DNA of 64,000 nt, from the IMG/VR virus record IMGVR_UViG_3300013342_000002, one strand, 5' to 3'. Made by a program: the position numbers and the translations under genes. This document shows positions 55,887 to 64,000 of the stretch, piece by piece (the first letter of the stretch is position 1; the number at the start of each line of letters is the position of its first letter). This stretch comes from an uncultured virus (IMG/VR IMGVR_UViG_3300013342_000002) (taxonomy: Duplodnaviria > Heunggongvirae > Uroviricota > Caudoviricetes). The notes below the pieces were generated by a model. That model had not been told where the DNA came from and made no database searches. It saw only the letters and a list, made by a program, of their open reading frames with translations.

Positions 55887-58214
55887 ATGGCAGACCAACC
55901 CATCGCAGCACTCGAAACCGGGATCGCGGCCGCCGCTGATCCCGATCCGGCGCGCGCCCAGCAGTTGAGCCGCATGCAGGCCGACGTGAGGCGCTGGATG
56001 GCTCGCTTCGATGAGGCCCGCGAGTTCGACAAGGACGCCCGCCAGCAGTACGTGAAAGACCGGCGCCAGGCGCGCGGCGATTCCGGCTTCCTGGTCGACG
56101 CCAACCTGATCGGCACCTACATCGACATCCAGGAGGCGTTCCTTTACGCCCGCAACCCTGACTTCGACGTGTCGCCCGGCCCGGCTCACCGCATGCCGAC
56201 GCCTGAGCAGCTGCGGGACATCATCGAGTCCGACGAGCAGGTGATGGCCGGTATCCAGCAGCAGGCCGAGCAGGACGCGATGGAGGTCGGCCGGCAGATT
56301 GCCGTGCAGCAAACGGCCACGGGTGTGCCACCGGAACAGGCCTTCGAGCAGGGCCAACAGGCGCAGGAGAGCTACCTGGCCACCGGCGTGGTGGAGAAGC
56401 TGGTGGCCGACGAGGTCCTGAAGCTGCGCAAGCAATACGCAAAGCGCTCGCGGGAGATGAAGCAGTTCGCCGAGACCATGGAAGCGGTCGGCACCCAGAT
56501 GTGGAAGGACGCTCAGCTGAAGCGCCGCGGCCGTCCGTGGGTCCGATCGTCGCTGACCATCGGCCCCGGCGTGCTGAAGGCGACATGGCAGGAGCGCACA
56601 GAGATCTCGCCCGAGACGCAGACCGCGATCAACGACCTGCAGCAGAACATCGCCCGGGCCAAGGCGCTGCAGAAGGAGCTGGAAGACGGCACCGCCGGCT
56701 ATGGCGCCCGTGTGTGGGACACGGTCAAGGGCGTGTTCGGGAACAACGAGGAAGCCAAGGTCGCCGATCTGGAGCGCCAGTTGGCCGCCATCCAGCACGG
56801 GGCCGAGCGCGTGGTCGCCCGCGGCTACGCGATCGACAACGTGGCCGGCGAGAACTTCCAGGTCGCGCCGGGCTTCACCATCGCCAACCACAAAGATGCG
56901 CCATGGAACGCCGAGATCTCCTATCCGTCCTACGAAGACGCGCTGGCCGAGCATGGTCCGTACCTGGCGCAGTTCGACAAGGACGGCAACGCCGATAACA
57001 TCCTGCGCAAGGCTGTCCGCTACGCACCGCGCAAGCCCTGCATGGGTAAGAACGAGAGCGTCGGCTTGACCGGCAACGCCGCCACGGCTGAGGAGGCCGA
57101 TGCCTACGCCACGAACACCGACGGCGGCGCCAATGGGTGCTACGTGCGCCGCATCGAGATCTGGGACGCGGAGAGCAACACCGTCCTTACCGCGATCACC
57201 GGCGTGCCGTTCTGGGTCAAGCCCGCCTTCAATCCGCCGGCCACGACCCGGTTCTACCCGTATTTCGTGATCTGCACGTCCGAGGTGGACGGCCAGCGCC
57301 ACCCGCAGAGCCTGGTCAGCCGTTCGACCAAGCTCATGGACGAGTACAACCGCATCGGCTCGGCCGAGACTGAACACCGCCGCCGCATCAAGCCCAAGAC
57401 GGCGTTCCACGCAGGCGCGATGGAGGCGGAAGAGGCGACCAAGCTCGCCAAGGCTGACACCGGCGAGATGGTCCCCCTCAACGTGACCCAGCCGAACGCA
57501 GACCTGCGTACGCTGTTGGTCCCGATCACCTACCCGCCGATGGACCCGGCGGTTTACGACCGCACGCGCATCCTGGCCGAGCTGGAGCGCATCTGGGGCG
57601 TGCAGGAAGCGCTGACTGGCTCCATCAACACGGCCAAGACCGCCACCGAGGCGGACATCCAGCAGCAGGGCTTCCAAGCGCGCAGCAGCAGCCGCCGCGA
57701 CAACATGGAATCGGTCCTGAGCGAGCTGGCCGAATACACCTGCCAGATCGCCCGCGTATACCTGACCGACGAGGACGTGCGCTTCATCGCTGGTCCGACC
57801 GCGTTCTGGCCGCCCTACATGGGGGCGGATGACCTGGCCGAGTTCGTGCGTATCGAGATCCGCGCCGGTTCGTCGGGTAAGCCGAACACCGCGATGGAGC
57901 GCCAGTCGTGGGCCAACCTGCTGCCCCTGCTGCAGACCGGCATTACCCAGATTGGCCAGCTGCGCGGCGCGTCGCCCGACTCGATCGCCGATGCGCTGGA
58001 GCAGCTGATGCGCCTGACCGCCGAGCGCAGCGGCGAGCGCTTCGACATCGACCAGCTCATTCCCCAGAACGACGGCACACAGCCGGCGCTGCCCGCACAG
58101 GCCGTGCCGGGGAGTGCGCCGCCTCCGCAGGGAGGCGATGGTGGCCAGCAGCCGCCGGTCCCGCCCGCACCTCCCGGTGGCTCACCGGCCGCCGATCCCC
58201 TTGCAGCAGCCTGA
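55887..58214 (+). CDS. portal protein
   Basis: 775 aa after terL; KTATEA..Q motif of large podoviral portals. Confidence 0.8.
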   Translation: MADQPIAALETGIAAAADPDPARAQQLSRMQADVRRWMARFDEAREFDKDARQQYVKDRRQARGDSGFLVDANLIGTYIDIQEAFLYARNPDFDVSPGPAHRMPTPEQLRDIIESDEQVMAGIQQQAEQDAMEVGRQIAVQQTATGVPPEQAFEQGQQAQESYLATGVVEKLVADEVLKLRKQYAKRSREMKQFAETMEAVGTQMWKDAQLKRRGRPWVRSSLTIGPGVLKATWQERTEISPETQTAINDLQQNIARAKALQKELEDGTAGYGARVWDTVKGVFGNNEEAKVADLERQLAAIQHGAERVVARGYAIDNVAGENFQVAPGFTIANHKDAPWNAEISYPSYEDALAEHGPYLAQFDKDGNADNILRKAVRYAPRKPCMGKNESVGLTGNAATAEEADAYATNTDGGANGCYVRRIEIWDAESNTVLTAITGVPFWVKPAFNPPATTRFYPYFVICTSEVDGQRHPQSLVSRSTKLMDEYNRIGSAETEHRRRIKPKTAFHAGAMEAEEATKLAKADTGEMVPLNVTQPNADLRTLLVPITYPPMDPAVYDRTRILAELERIWGVQEALTGSINTAKTATEADIQQQGFQARSSSRRDNMESVLSELAEYTCQIARVYLTDEDVRFIAGPTAFWPPYMGADDLAEFVRIEIRAGSSGKPNTAMERQSWANLLPLLQTGITQIGQLRGASPDSIADALEQLMRLTAERSGERFDIDQLIPQNDGTQPALPAQAVPGSAPPPQGGDGGQQPPVPPAPPGGSPAADPLAAA

Positions 58215-58225
58215 TAGGAACTGAG

Positions 58226-58285
58226 ATGCGCTACCACCCACTGACGCTCGCCATCTGGCGGGTATTCGCAACCTGGAGCAAGTGA
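58226..58285 (+). CDS. 19-aa peptide coupled to DUF2829 gene
   Basis: AGGA RBS, MRYHPLTLAIWRVFATWSK, TGATG overlap. Confidence 0.35.
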   Translation: MRYHPLTLAIWRVFATWSK

Positions 58286-58605
58286 TGAACGAGAAAGTCA
58301 CCCCGCCGTCTCCCGCTGAGTTCACCTTCGGCCTTGGTTTCGGCAGCGCGCTGGATCACCTGAAGGAGGGCCGTCGCGTGGCCCGCGATGGCTGGAACGG
58401 CAAGGGCATGTTCGTCTACCTCGTGCCGCCGGCCAGCTATGCGGTACAGACAGGCGCAGCCAAGGCGTACTTCGGCGAAGGCTCGATGGTCCCGTACAAC
58501 GCCTACTTCGCGATCAAGAACGTAAACGACACCGTCAGCACCTGGGTCCCGAGCGTCAACGATTGCCTCGCCGATGACTGGTATGTGCTGCAGGAGGAGG
58601 GCTGA
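58285..58605 (+). CDS. DUF2829 / Tad2-like anti-defence protein
   Basis: FGSALDHLKEGRRVARDGWNGKGMFVYLV..WVPSVNDCLADDW. Confidence 0.85.
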   Translation: MNEKVTPPSPAEFTFGLGFGSALDHLKEGRRVARDGWNGKGMFVYLVPPASYAVQTGAAKAYFGEGSMVPYNAYFAIKNVNDTVSTWVPSVNDCLADDWYVLQEEG

Positions 58606-58608
58606 TCC

Positions 58609-59766
58609 ATGCACGTTGATGCAGACACCCCGGCCGCTGCGCCGGACACCACCCCGACCGACCAGGCCGCCGACGTCATGGCAGCACTGGACGCCGGCAT
58701 TGCCGCTGCTGATGCCGAGGCGGCACCGGCCGCTGATGCAGTGCCGGCGGATGCCGCCCCGGCCGCCGATGCGGATGCGCCCCCGGAAGACGACCCGAAC
58801 GCTGCTCCGCCCGCTGACGGCCAGGCCCCGGCCCAGCCGGAGGAGGGCGCGCCGCCGACCGATGGACAGCCGCCCGCTGCTACCGACGATCAGCCCCAGC
58901 CGGACGCCGAGACCGAAGAGGAAATCACCGCTCTCGGCCTGAAGGAGAAGTCGGCCGAGCGCTTCCGCGGCATGGCAGCTGAGATCAAGCAGAGCCGGGC
59001 GACCATCGATGCGCTGAAGGCAGCGGGCATCGAGGACGTGGCCAAGCTGCCGGAACTGGTCCAGCGATCCAAGGTTGGCGAGGACATGGTCCAGATGGTC
59101 GTGGAGACCGGCGCCAGCCCCGAGCAGTACGGCATGGCGCTCGACTACCTGGGCTTGATCGGCAAGGCGCAGCAGGGCGACCTGGTCGCAGCCGAGAAGG
59201 CCTACGAGGTCATGGGCAAGGAATACGCCGCGCTGGCCAAGATGCTCGGCAAGGAGGCGCCCGGCATCCACGACCCGCTGGCCAACCATCAAGACCTGCG
59301 TGCCGAGGTCGAGGCAGGAGACCTGCTGCGCGCCCGTGCCGTCGAGATCGCCGGCCAGCGTGACCGCGCCGCCTACACGGGGAATGTCGAGCGACAGCGC
59401 ACCGAGAGCCAGCAGGCTGCCGAGCAGGCTGAGCAGCGCGGCATCGACTGGCTGAAGCGCTTCGACGCCGAGATGGCGCAGGAAGACCCCAGCTATGTGG
59501 CCAAGCGCCCGCAGCTGAATGACGCCGTTCGCCAGATCCGCGAGCAGTACCACCCCAGCGAATGGGCCCAGCGGACGGCGCTGGCCTATGCGCGCATCCA
59601 GGCCCCAGTGGCGGCAGCGCCGGCCGTTGCCGCACCCGCCGCGCCGGTCCAGCCGCGTCCGGGTCCGGTGCGCCCGAGCGGCCCGCGCCCGGCGATGGAC
59701 CCGACCACTTTCGCCAGCCCGATGGACGCGCTGGAGTACGGTATCCAGCAGGCCACCAACGGCTGA
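58609..59766 (+). CDS. scaffolding protein
   Basis: Acidic Pro/Ala-rich N-terminus, helical core, directly before capsid. Confidence 0.7.
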   Translation: MHVDADTPAAAPDTTPTDQAADVMAALDAGIAAADAEAAPAADAVPADAAPAADADAPPEDDPNAAPPADGQAPAQPEEGAPPTDGQPPAATDDQPQPDAETEEEITALGLKEKSAERFRGMAAEIKQSRATIDALKAAGIEDVAKLPELVQRSKVGEDMVQMVVETGASPEQYGMALDYLGLIGKAQQGDLVAAEKAYEVMGKEYAALAKMLGKEAPGIHDPLANHQDLRAEVEAGDLLRARAVEIAGQRDRAAYTGNVERQRTESQQAAEQAEQRGIDWLKRFDAEMAQEDPSYVAKRPQLNDAVRQIREQYHPSEWAQRTALAYARIQAPVAAAPAVAAPAAPVQPRPGPVRPSGPRPAMDPTTFASPMDALEYGIQQATNG

Positions 59767-59792
59767 GCAGAGCCAAGCTCTGCCCTGAAAAG

Positions 59793-59815
59793 ACCCCGCT
59801 CCGGCGGGGTTTCTT
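59793..59815 (+). terminator. intrinsic terminator
   Basis: ACCCCGC-TCCG-GCGGGGT-TTCTT. Confidence 0.65.
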
Positions 59816-59979
59816 GTGTCCGTTGACGCATCCCGCAACAAGGGCAATCTGGCCCTGCGGCTGACAACCGCGCCACGCATGCAGTACGCCGGAGTCGCGC
59901 CCGGTAGGGCAGTAGGAGGCCTCGCCCCCCTCGAACGTGGATGGAAAGCGACAACCCATTCCCCTTCGAGGACATCATC

Positions 59980-61026
59980 ATGGCCTGGACCACTGCACAG
60001 CTCGCGCAGGGCGCCAATTACACCTTGGAGAGCTACTCCACCAAGGATCCCGTCGACCAGATCAACGTTGCGCATCGCACGCTGGACCTGTTCGTCACCA
60101 ACAAGCAGGTTTCGTTCTTCGGCAACGGCATCTTCAACGAGAAGCTGTTCATCTCGAACGACAGCAACTACCAGAACTACGAAGGCGCCGACCAGGTCAC
60201 CTACAACGAGCGTGACCCGAACCGCTTCGCCAAGTTCCAGTACTACTCGAACCACGAGGGCTTCTGGTTCGATGAAGACCGCCTGATCCGCAACGGCATC
60301 CTGATCGATGACTCGGGCGTCGCAGTGCCGAGCTCGCAGGAGAAGGAGCAGCTGGTTAACCTGCTGCAGTCGAGCTGGACCGCCATGAAGAACGGCCTGC
60401 AGGAAGGCCTGGCGCTGGAAACCCTGCAGAACGGTTCGCAGTCGGCCAAGGCCGTTCCGGGCCTGGACCACATCGTCTCGACCACTCCGGGCACCGGCGA
60501 CATCGTCGGTGGCATCAACGCCAGCACCAGCACCTACTGGCGCAACAACGCCAGTATGGCTATCGCCTCTGGCGGTGTCGTGGCGGCGCTGGACGCGATG
60601 TACGACGCCTGCGTTCGCTACGGCGGCGCGATCCCGACCGACATCCGCTGCGGCCAAGCGTTCCTCAACGCTTACAAGGCCGAGGCGAAGATCGAGATCA
60701 ACCGGCAGATCATCGTCGGCGCCAACGGCGGCACCGGCCTGGACGCCTCGGTCACTGCGGTGTTCTACCGCGGCATCGAACTGGTCTGGGATCCGACCTT
60801 CGAACTGCTGGACGCCAAGCTCGGCGCGATCACCTATCCCTGGACCAAGCGCTGCTACCTGCTCAACCGCAACTTCATCACCTTCCGCCCGGTGAAGGGC
60901 AACTGGATGAAGAAGCGCAAGCCGGAAAAGCTGCCGGACCGCTACGTCACGTACTACGCGCAGACCAACAAGTACGGCCTGACCGCGTCGAAGCGCAACG
61001 TGCACGCCGTGCTGTCCATCGCCTGA
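59980..61026 (+). CDS. major capsid protein
   Basis: Position, strong codon bias, GL..IV..VGGIN....YWRN motif. Confidence 0.82.
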   Translation: MAWTTAQLAQGANYTLESYSTKDPVDQINVAHRTLDLFVTNKQVSFFGNGIFNEKLFISNDSNYQNYEGADQVTYNERDPNRFAKFQYYSNHEGFWFDEDRLIRNGILIDDSGVAVPSSQEKEQLVNLLQSSWTAMKNGLQEGLALETLQNGSQSAKAVPGLDHIVSTTPGTGDIVGGINASTSTYWRNNASMAIASGGVVAALDAMYDACVRYGGAIPTDIRCGQAFLNAYKAEAKIEINRQIIVGANGGTGLDASVTAVFYRGIELVWDPTFELLDAKLGAITYPWTKRCYLLNRNFITFRPVKGNWMKKRKPEKLPDRYVTYYAQTNKYGLTASKRNVHAVLSIA

Positions 61027-61105
61027 TCGGGCTTGGCCTGATCCGAGCGTCCCGGCTTCGGCCGGGCGCTCATGGGAAACCCAATCGGCTACAGGAGCCA
61101 TCCCC

Positions 61106-61348
61106 ATGAAGTCCACCCCGATCACCAACACCGCCTTCAAGACCGGCACCAGTCCGTTCCTGCGCGGCGGCAGCGCGACTTTCTCCAACCTCACCGATAC
61201 CGCAGCAACGCTGCAGGGTTCGGACACCGAGACCGGAACCTACACGACCCTCGCCACGCTGGCCGCCAACAGCCAGACCGAGGTCCAGAACCTGCCGCAG
61301 TGGATCAAGCTCTCCGCCGCCGGCACCGTCTACGCCCTGGCGGGCTGA
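61106..61348 (+). CDS. small virion protein (decoration-like)
   Basis: AGGAG RBS; Thr/Ala-rich beta protein after capsid. Confidence 0.6.
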   Translation: MKSTPITNTAFKTGTSPFLRGGSATFSNLTDTAATLQGSDTETGTYTTLATLAANSQTEVQNLPQWIKLSAAGTVYALAG

Positions 61349-61360
61349 AAGGAGCCGCAC

Positions 61361-61900
61361 ATGAGCAAGTCCACTGTCATCGTTCCCGTCGTGCTGTTGA
61401 CCATTCTGCGCAGTACCGAGGTCACCATCACCGAGTCCGTGTTCAAGCACGAGGTACCGATCCTCGAACTTATTCATGGCGAGGACAACGTGAATGTCAT
61501 CAACGATGACTACCACGCGATCGAGCTGCCGGACAACGCCACGCAGGAATATCAGCGGCTGCTGACCAAGTACGGCGACAAGTACCGCCCGGTCATCGAC
61601 CAGGTGTTCCGCAATGGCGCGCGCGACGTGGCGAAGGAAGTCGGCATGGATCTCGGCAAGGACAGCTTCAAGAAGCAGTCCGAGGCCGTGGTCGAAAGCC
61701 GTCTGCCGGCCCGTCCGGGCAAGAAGGCCGAATCCGGCGCCGGCACGGGCGGCGATGCCGACCTGACCGCAGCCGAGCTGAAGACCGAGCTGACCAAGCG
61801 CAAGGTCGAGTTCAAGGGCAACGCCTCGAAGGCAGATCTGCAGGCGCTGCTGGACGAGGCGAAGAAGGCCGAATCCGGCGCCGGCACCCTGGGCGGTTGA
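61361..61900 (+). CDS. hypothetical protein with C-terminal HeH/LEM/SAP domain
   Basis: LTAAELKTELTKRKVEFKGNASKADLQALL. Confidence 0.75.
   Translation: MSKSTVIVPVVLLTILRSTEVTITESVFKHEVPILELIHGEDNVNVINDDYHAIELPDNATQEYQRLLTKYGDKYRPVIDQVFRNGARDVAKEVGMDLGKDSFKKQSEAVVESRLPARPGKKAESGAGTGGDADLTAAELKTELTKRKVEFKGNASKADLQALLDEAKKAESGAGTLGG
61721..61887 (+). repeat. 26-bp perfect direct repeat flanking HeH domain
   Basis: AAGAAGGCCGAATCCGGCGCCGGCAC at 61721-61746 and 61862-61887. Confidence 0.9.
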
Positions 61901-61966
61901 TCACCAGCACCACGCAGTAACCCGACGGGCTGGGGGAACCCGGCCCGTCTCCACAAGAGGGATCCC

Positions 61967-62713
61967 ATGAGCATCACCGACGGCATCCAGTGCGCCTGCT
62001 CCAGCACGGACGGCAACGCCACGCTGGCAGAGCTGCGCAAGCGGCTGATGATCCGGCTGGGATTCGCTGCCCAGGCGAACAACCCGCCGCCGGGCATGAA
62101 GGATCTGCTCAACGAGTTCCTGCAGAGCGCGCAGGTGGCGCTGTTCCGGCGCCCCACCGGCGAGTTCCGCAACGAGCGCTGGTTCTCCTGGCCGCTGGTG
62201 GCCGGCCAGCGCCTGTACGACTACCCGGACAACGACGAGAAGAATGCCCCGCAGTCGTGCCCGGCAACGCTGGACCCGCGCAAGGTGACGTGGGTTGGTC
62301 GCGAGCGTGATGGCGTGTGGGCCGAGATGCACCAGGGCATCAACCCGCGCAGCTACACGACCAGCGAGCTGACCGGCTTGCCGCAGCGCTACGAGTTCCG
62401 CAACTGCATCGAGATCTGGCCGGCGCCCGACGAGACGCTGGGCAACCTGGTCATCAAGGGCAAGTTCGACCTCAACCGGTTCACCGAGGACACGGACCGG
62501 ACCACGATCGACAGCGAGATCGTGTTTTTGCTGGCGCTTGCCAACGGCAAGGCGCACTACCGGCAGGCCGACGCGCAGGCCTACATCCAGCAACTAGAGG
62601 TGATGATCACCAACCTTGTGGCCGGTACCCATGCCACGGCGCGGTACATCCCTGGGCCGCCGGCGGGTGAGGGCGTCTACGTACCGCCTCGCCCGGAGGT
62701 GCCGTTCCCGTGA
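61967..62713 (+). CDS. head-tail adaptor protein
   Basis: TLAELR..AGQRLYDYP..GLPQRY..IEIWPAPD. Confidence 0.7.
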   Translation: MSITDGIQCACSSTDGNATLAELRKRLMIRLGFAAQANNPPPGMKDLLNEFLQSAQVALFRRPTGEFRNERWFSWPLVAGQRLYDYPDNDEKNAPQSCPATLDPRKVTWVGRERDGVWAEMHQGINPRSYTTSELTGLPQRYEFRNCIEIWPAPDETLGNLVIKGKFDLNRFTEDTDRTTIDSEIVFLLALANGKAHYRQADAQAYIQQLEVMITNLVAGTHATARYIPGPPAGEGVYVPPRPEVPFP

Positions 62714-63510
62714 CCGGCCGCATTGTCACCCTCAACGCCTCCAAGGGCGGCATCAACCGGCTCAGAACGAAGGGCGGGGCAGACGCGAACACCCTGTACG
62801 ATTTGGTCAACGGCTACGTCGATCAGGACGGTGTGCCGCGGTCGCGGCCTGGCACCAAGAACAAGAACACGCTCCCCACCGGTGCGACCAAGGGCCTGTG
62901 CGCCTACGACGGCAAGCTGATCGTCTTCAGCCATGAGCCGCAGACCATCGCGGCCAGCACCCCGGTGGTCGAGTGTGAGGTGCTGAAGCACCCGAACACC
63001 CCGGATCTGCCGATCAAGGAAATCCACTTCGCCGGCCCGTTCCTCGGCTACTTGTATGTGGTGCCCGAGTTCGTCAACGGCGATGTCTTCCACTACTGGC
63101 TGCAGCGCGGCACGACGTGGGAGCCGGGGAAGATCTACCTTCCGGGGTCGTTGGTCACGCCTACCGACCCCAACGGCATCGCCTACCAGCTCGACAGCGG
63201 CACCGAGCAGTTCCAGGTGTGGGTGCGCAACGTCGCGCGCGCGCTGGGCGACAAGGTCGTTCCCACCGTCGACAACGGATATTCCTACACGGTCACCGAC
63301 GTGTTCGGTCCAGCGCCGCGGTCCGGTGCCACTGAGCCGTCTTGGCCAGCATCGCCAGGCGCTACCGTGTTCGAAGACAGCGACGTGGCCAACCCGACGC
63401 CGATCCCGGGCGAGCAGTCCGGCAACCAGTTGCCGCCGGACGTGACAGATCGCTACGGCAGCAGCGGCGGCAACAGTCCATGGCGCTACGCCAATCAGGA
63501 GGCTCAGTAA
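62710..63510 (+). CDS. virion/tail structural protein
   Basis: GGINR..LVNGYV....PRSRPG N-terminus (nozzle/stabilisation-like); W..G..Y..G..V modules. Confidence 0.6.
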   Translation: MTGRIVTLNASKGGINRLRTKGGADANTLYDLVNGYVDQDGVPRSRPGTKNKNTLPTGATKGLCAYDGKLIVFSHEPQTIAASTPVVECEVLKHPNTPDLPIKEIHFAGPFLGYLYVVPEFVNGDVFHYWLQRGTTWEPGKIYLPGSLVTPTDPNGIAYQLDSGTEQFQVWVRNVARALGDKVVPTVDNGYSYTVTDVFGPAPRSGATEPSWPASPGATVFEDSDVANPTPIPGEQSGNQLPPDVTDRYGSSGGNSPWRYANQEAQ

Positions 63511-64000
63511 TGGCCGCTCCCGTCTGGCAGCCTGGCACCCTGTATCTGCCCGGGGATCTGGTCCAGCCGATCACCCATCCGGCGCCGAACAACCCGCAGG
63601 TCATCAACGGCTACTTCGAGCAAGGGACGACAGGCTGGACGTTCTCCGGCGACGCTTCACTTTCGACGTCGCACGGTTACGGCAGCCCGAATTGCGTCCA
63701 GCTGCCTGGCAACAAGCCAGATGGCGTCGCCCTGAACAACGCGCAGCTCGTCGTGCCAGTCGGCGGACAGCTGACTGCAAACTCGATGATCCAGCAGGGA
63801 GCGTCGGTGGCCGGCGCCACTGCAGGCTGGACCGAGATTCGCTGGTATGACGCGCTGAACACGTTGTTGCAGACGGACAAGGGCAACGTGGTCGACAGTG
63901 GCTCTGGCGGCGCATGGCACCAGTCCACGGTAACCGCGACGGCGCCGGCCTCTGCGGCCTATGCCCGTGGCGCAATCCACCTGACCTCGGTGGCCGACCA
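63510..64000 (+). CDS. tail protein with carbohydrate-binding-like domain (partial, runs off window)
   Basis: TAATG-coupled; MAAPVWQPGTLYLPGDLV..NGYFEQG..GW. Confidence 0.65.
   Translation, partial: MAAPVWQPGTLYLPGDLVQPITHPAPNNPQVINGYFEQGTTGWTFSGDASLSTSHGYGSPNCVQLPGNKPDGVALNNAQLVVPVGGQLTANSMIQQGASVAGATAGWTEIRWYDALNTLLQTDKGNVVDSGSGGAWHQSTVTATAPASAAYARGAIHLTSVAD

Larger units (their letters stand above)
38263..64000. mobile_element. Prophage B, probably podovirus-like (right end outside window)
   Basis: int-xis, recombination, cI/cro, replication, nin, terminase, portal, capsid, adaptor. Confidence 0.9.

Noticed and set aside
54432..57677. 1081-aa minus-strand ORF (similarly 58231-61227, 28939-31455, 17660-19417, 43316-44833)
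   Set aside because: Antisense shadows of strongly codon-biased genes in high-GC DNA; no recognisable motifs
1..64000. CRISPR array, DGR, retron or intron
   Set aside because: No repeat-spacer array, no reverse transcriptase motif and no TR/VR pair noticed by eye

Overview
High-GC, Xanthomonadaceae-like DNA (Stenotrophomonas-like gene content; inference) made up of two temperate prophages in tandem. They are separated by the 3' 60 nt of a tRNA-Leu(UAA) gene (38203-38262, minus strand), read as an att junction. Prophage A (<1 to ~38200) is a lambdoid siphovirus. It has a P22 immI-like arc/mnt/antirepressor module, a divergent CsrA homologue, a 434-like cI/cro switch with ACAA-N6-TTGT operators, an initiator with iterons plus DnaB, a HEPN-containing moron, lysis genes, an HK97-type head and a lambda-type tail with a G/GT frameshift. 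Its right end holds a truncated SRAP gene, a secreted-protein/2-TM pair and two unrelated intact tyrosine recombinases in tandem. Prophage B (~38263 to >64000) carries int/xis, Lar, Exo/Erf, cI/cro/cII-like genes, an initiator plus DnaB, a nin region, a PBSX-type terminase, a large portal, a DUF2829/Tad2-like anti-defence protein, scaffold, capsid and podovirus-like adaptor/tail genes. All family calls come from motif recognition by eye; no database search was run.
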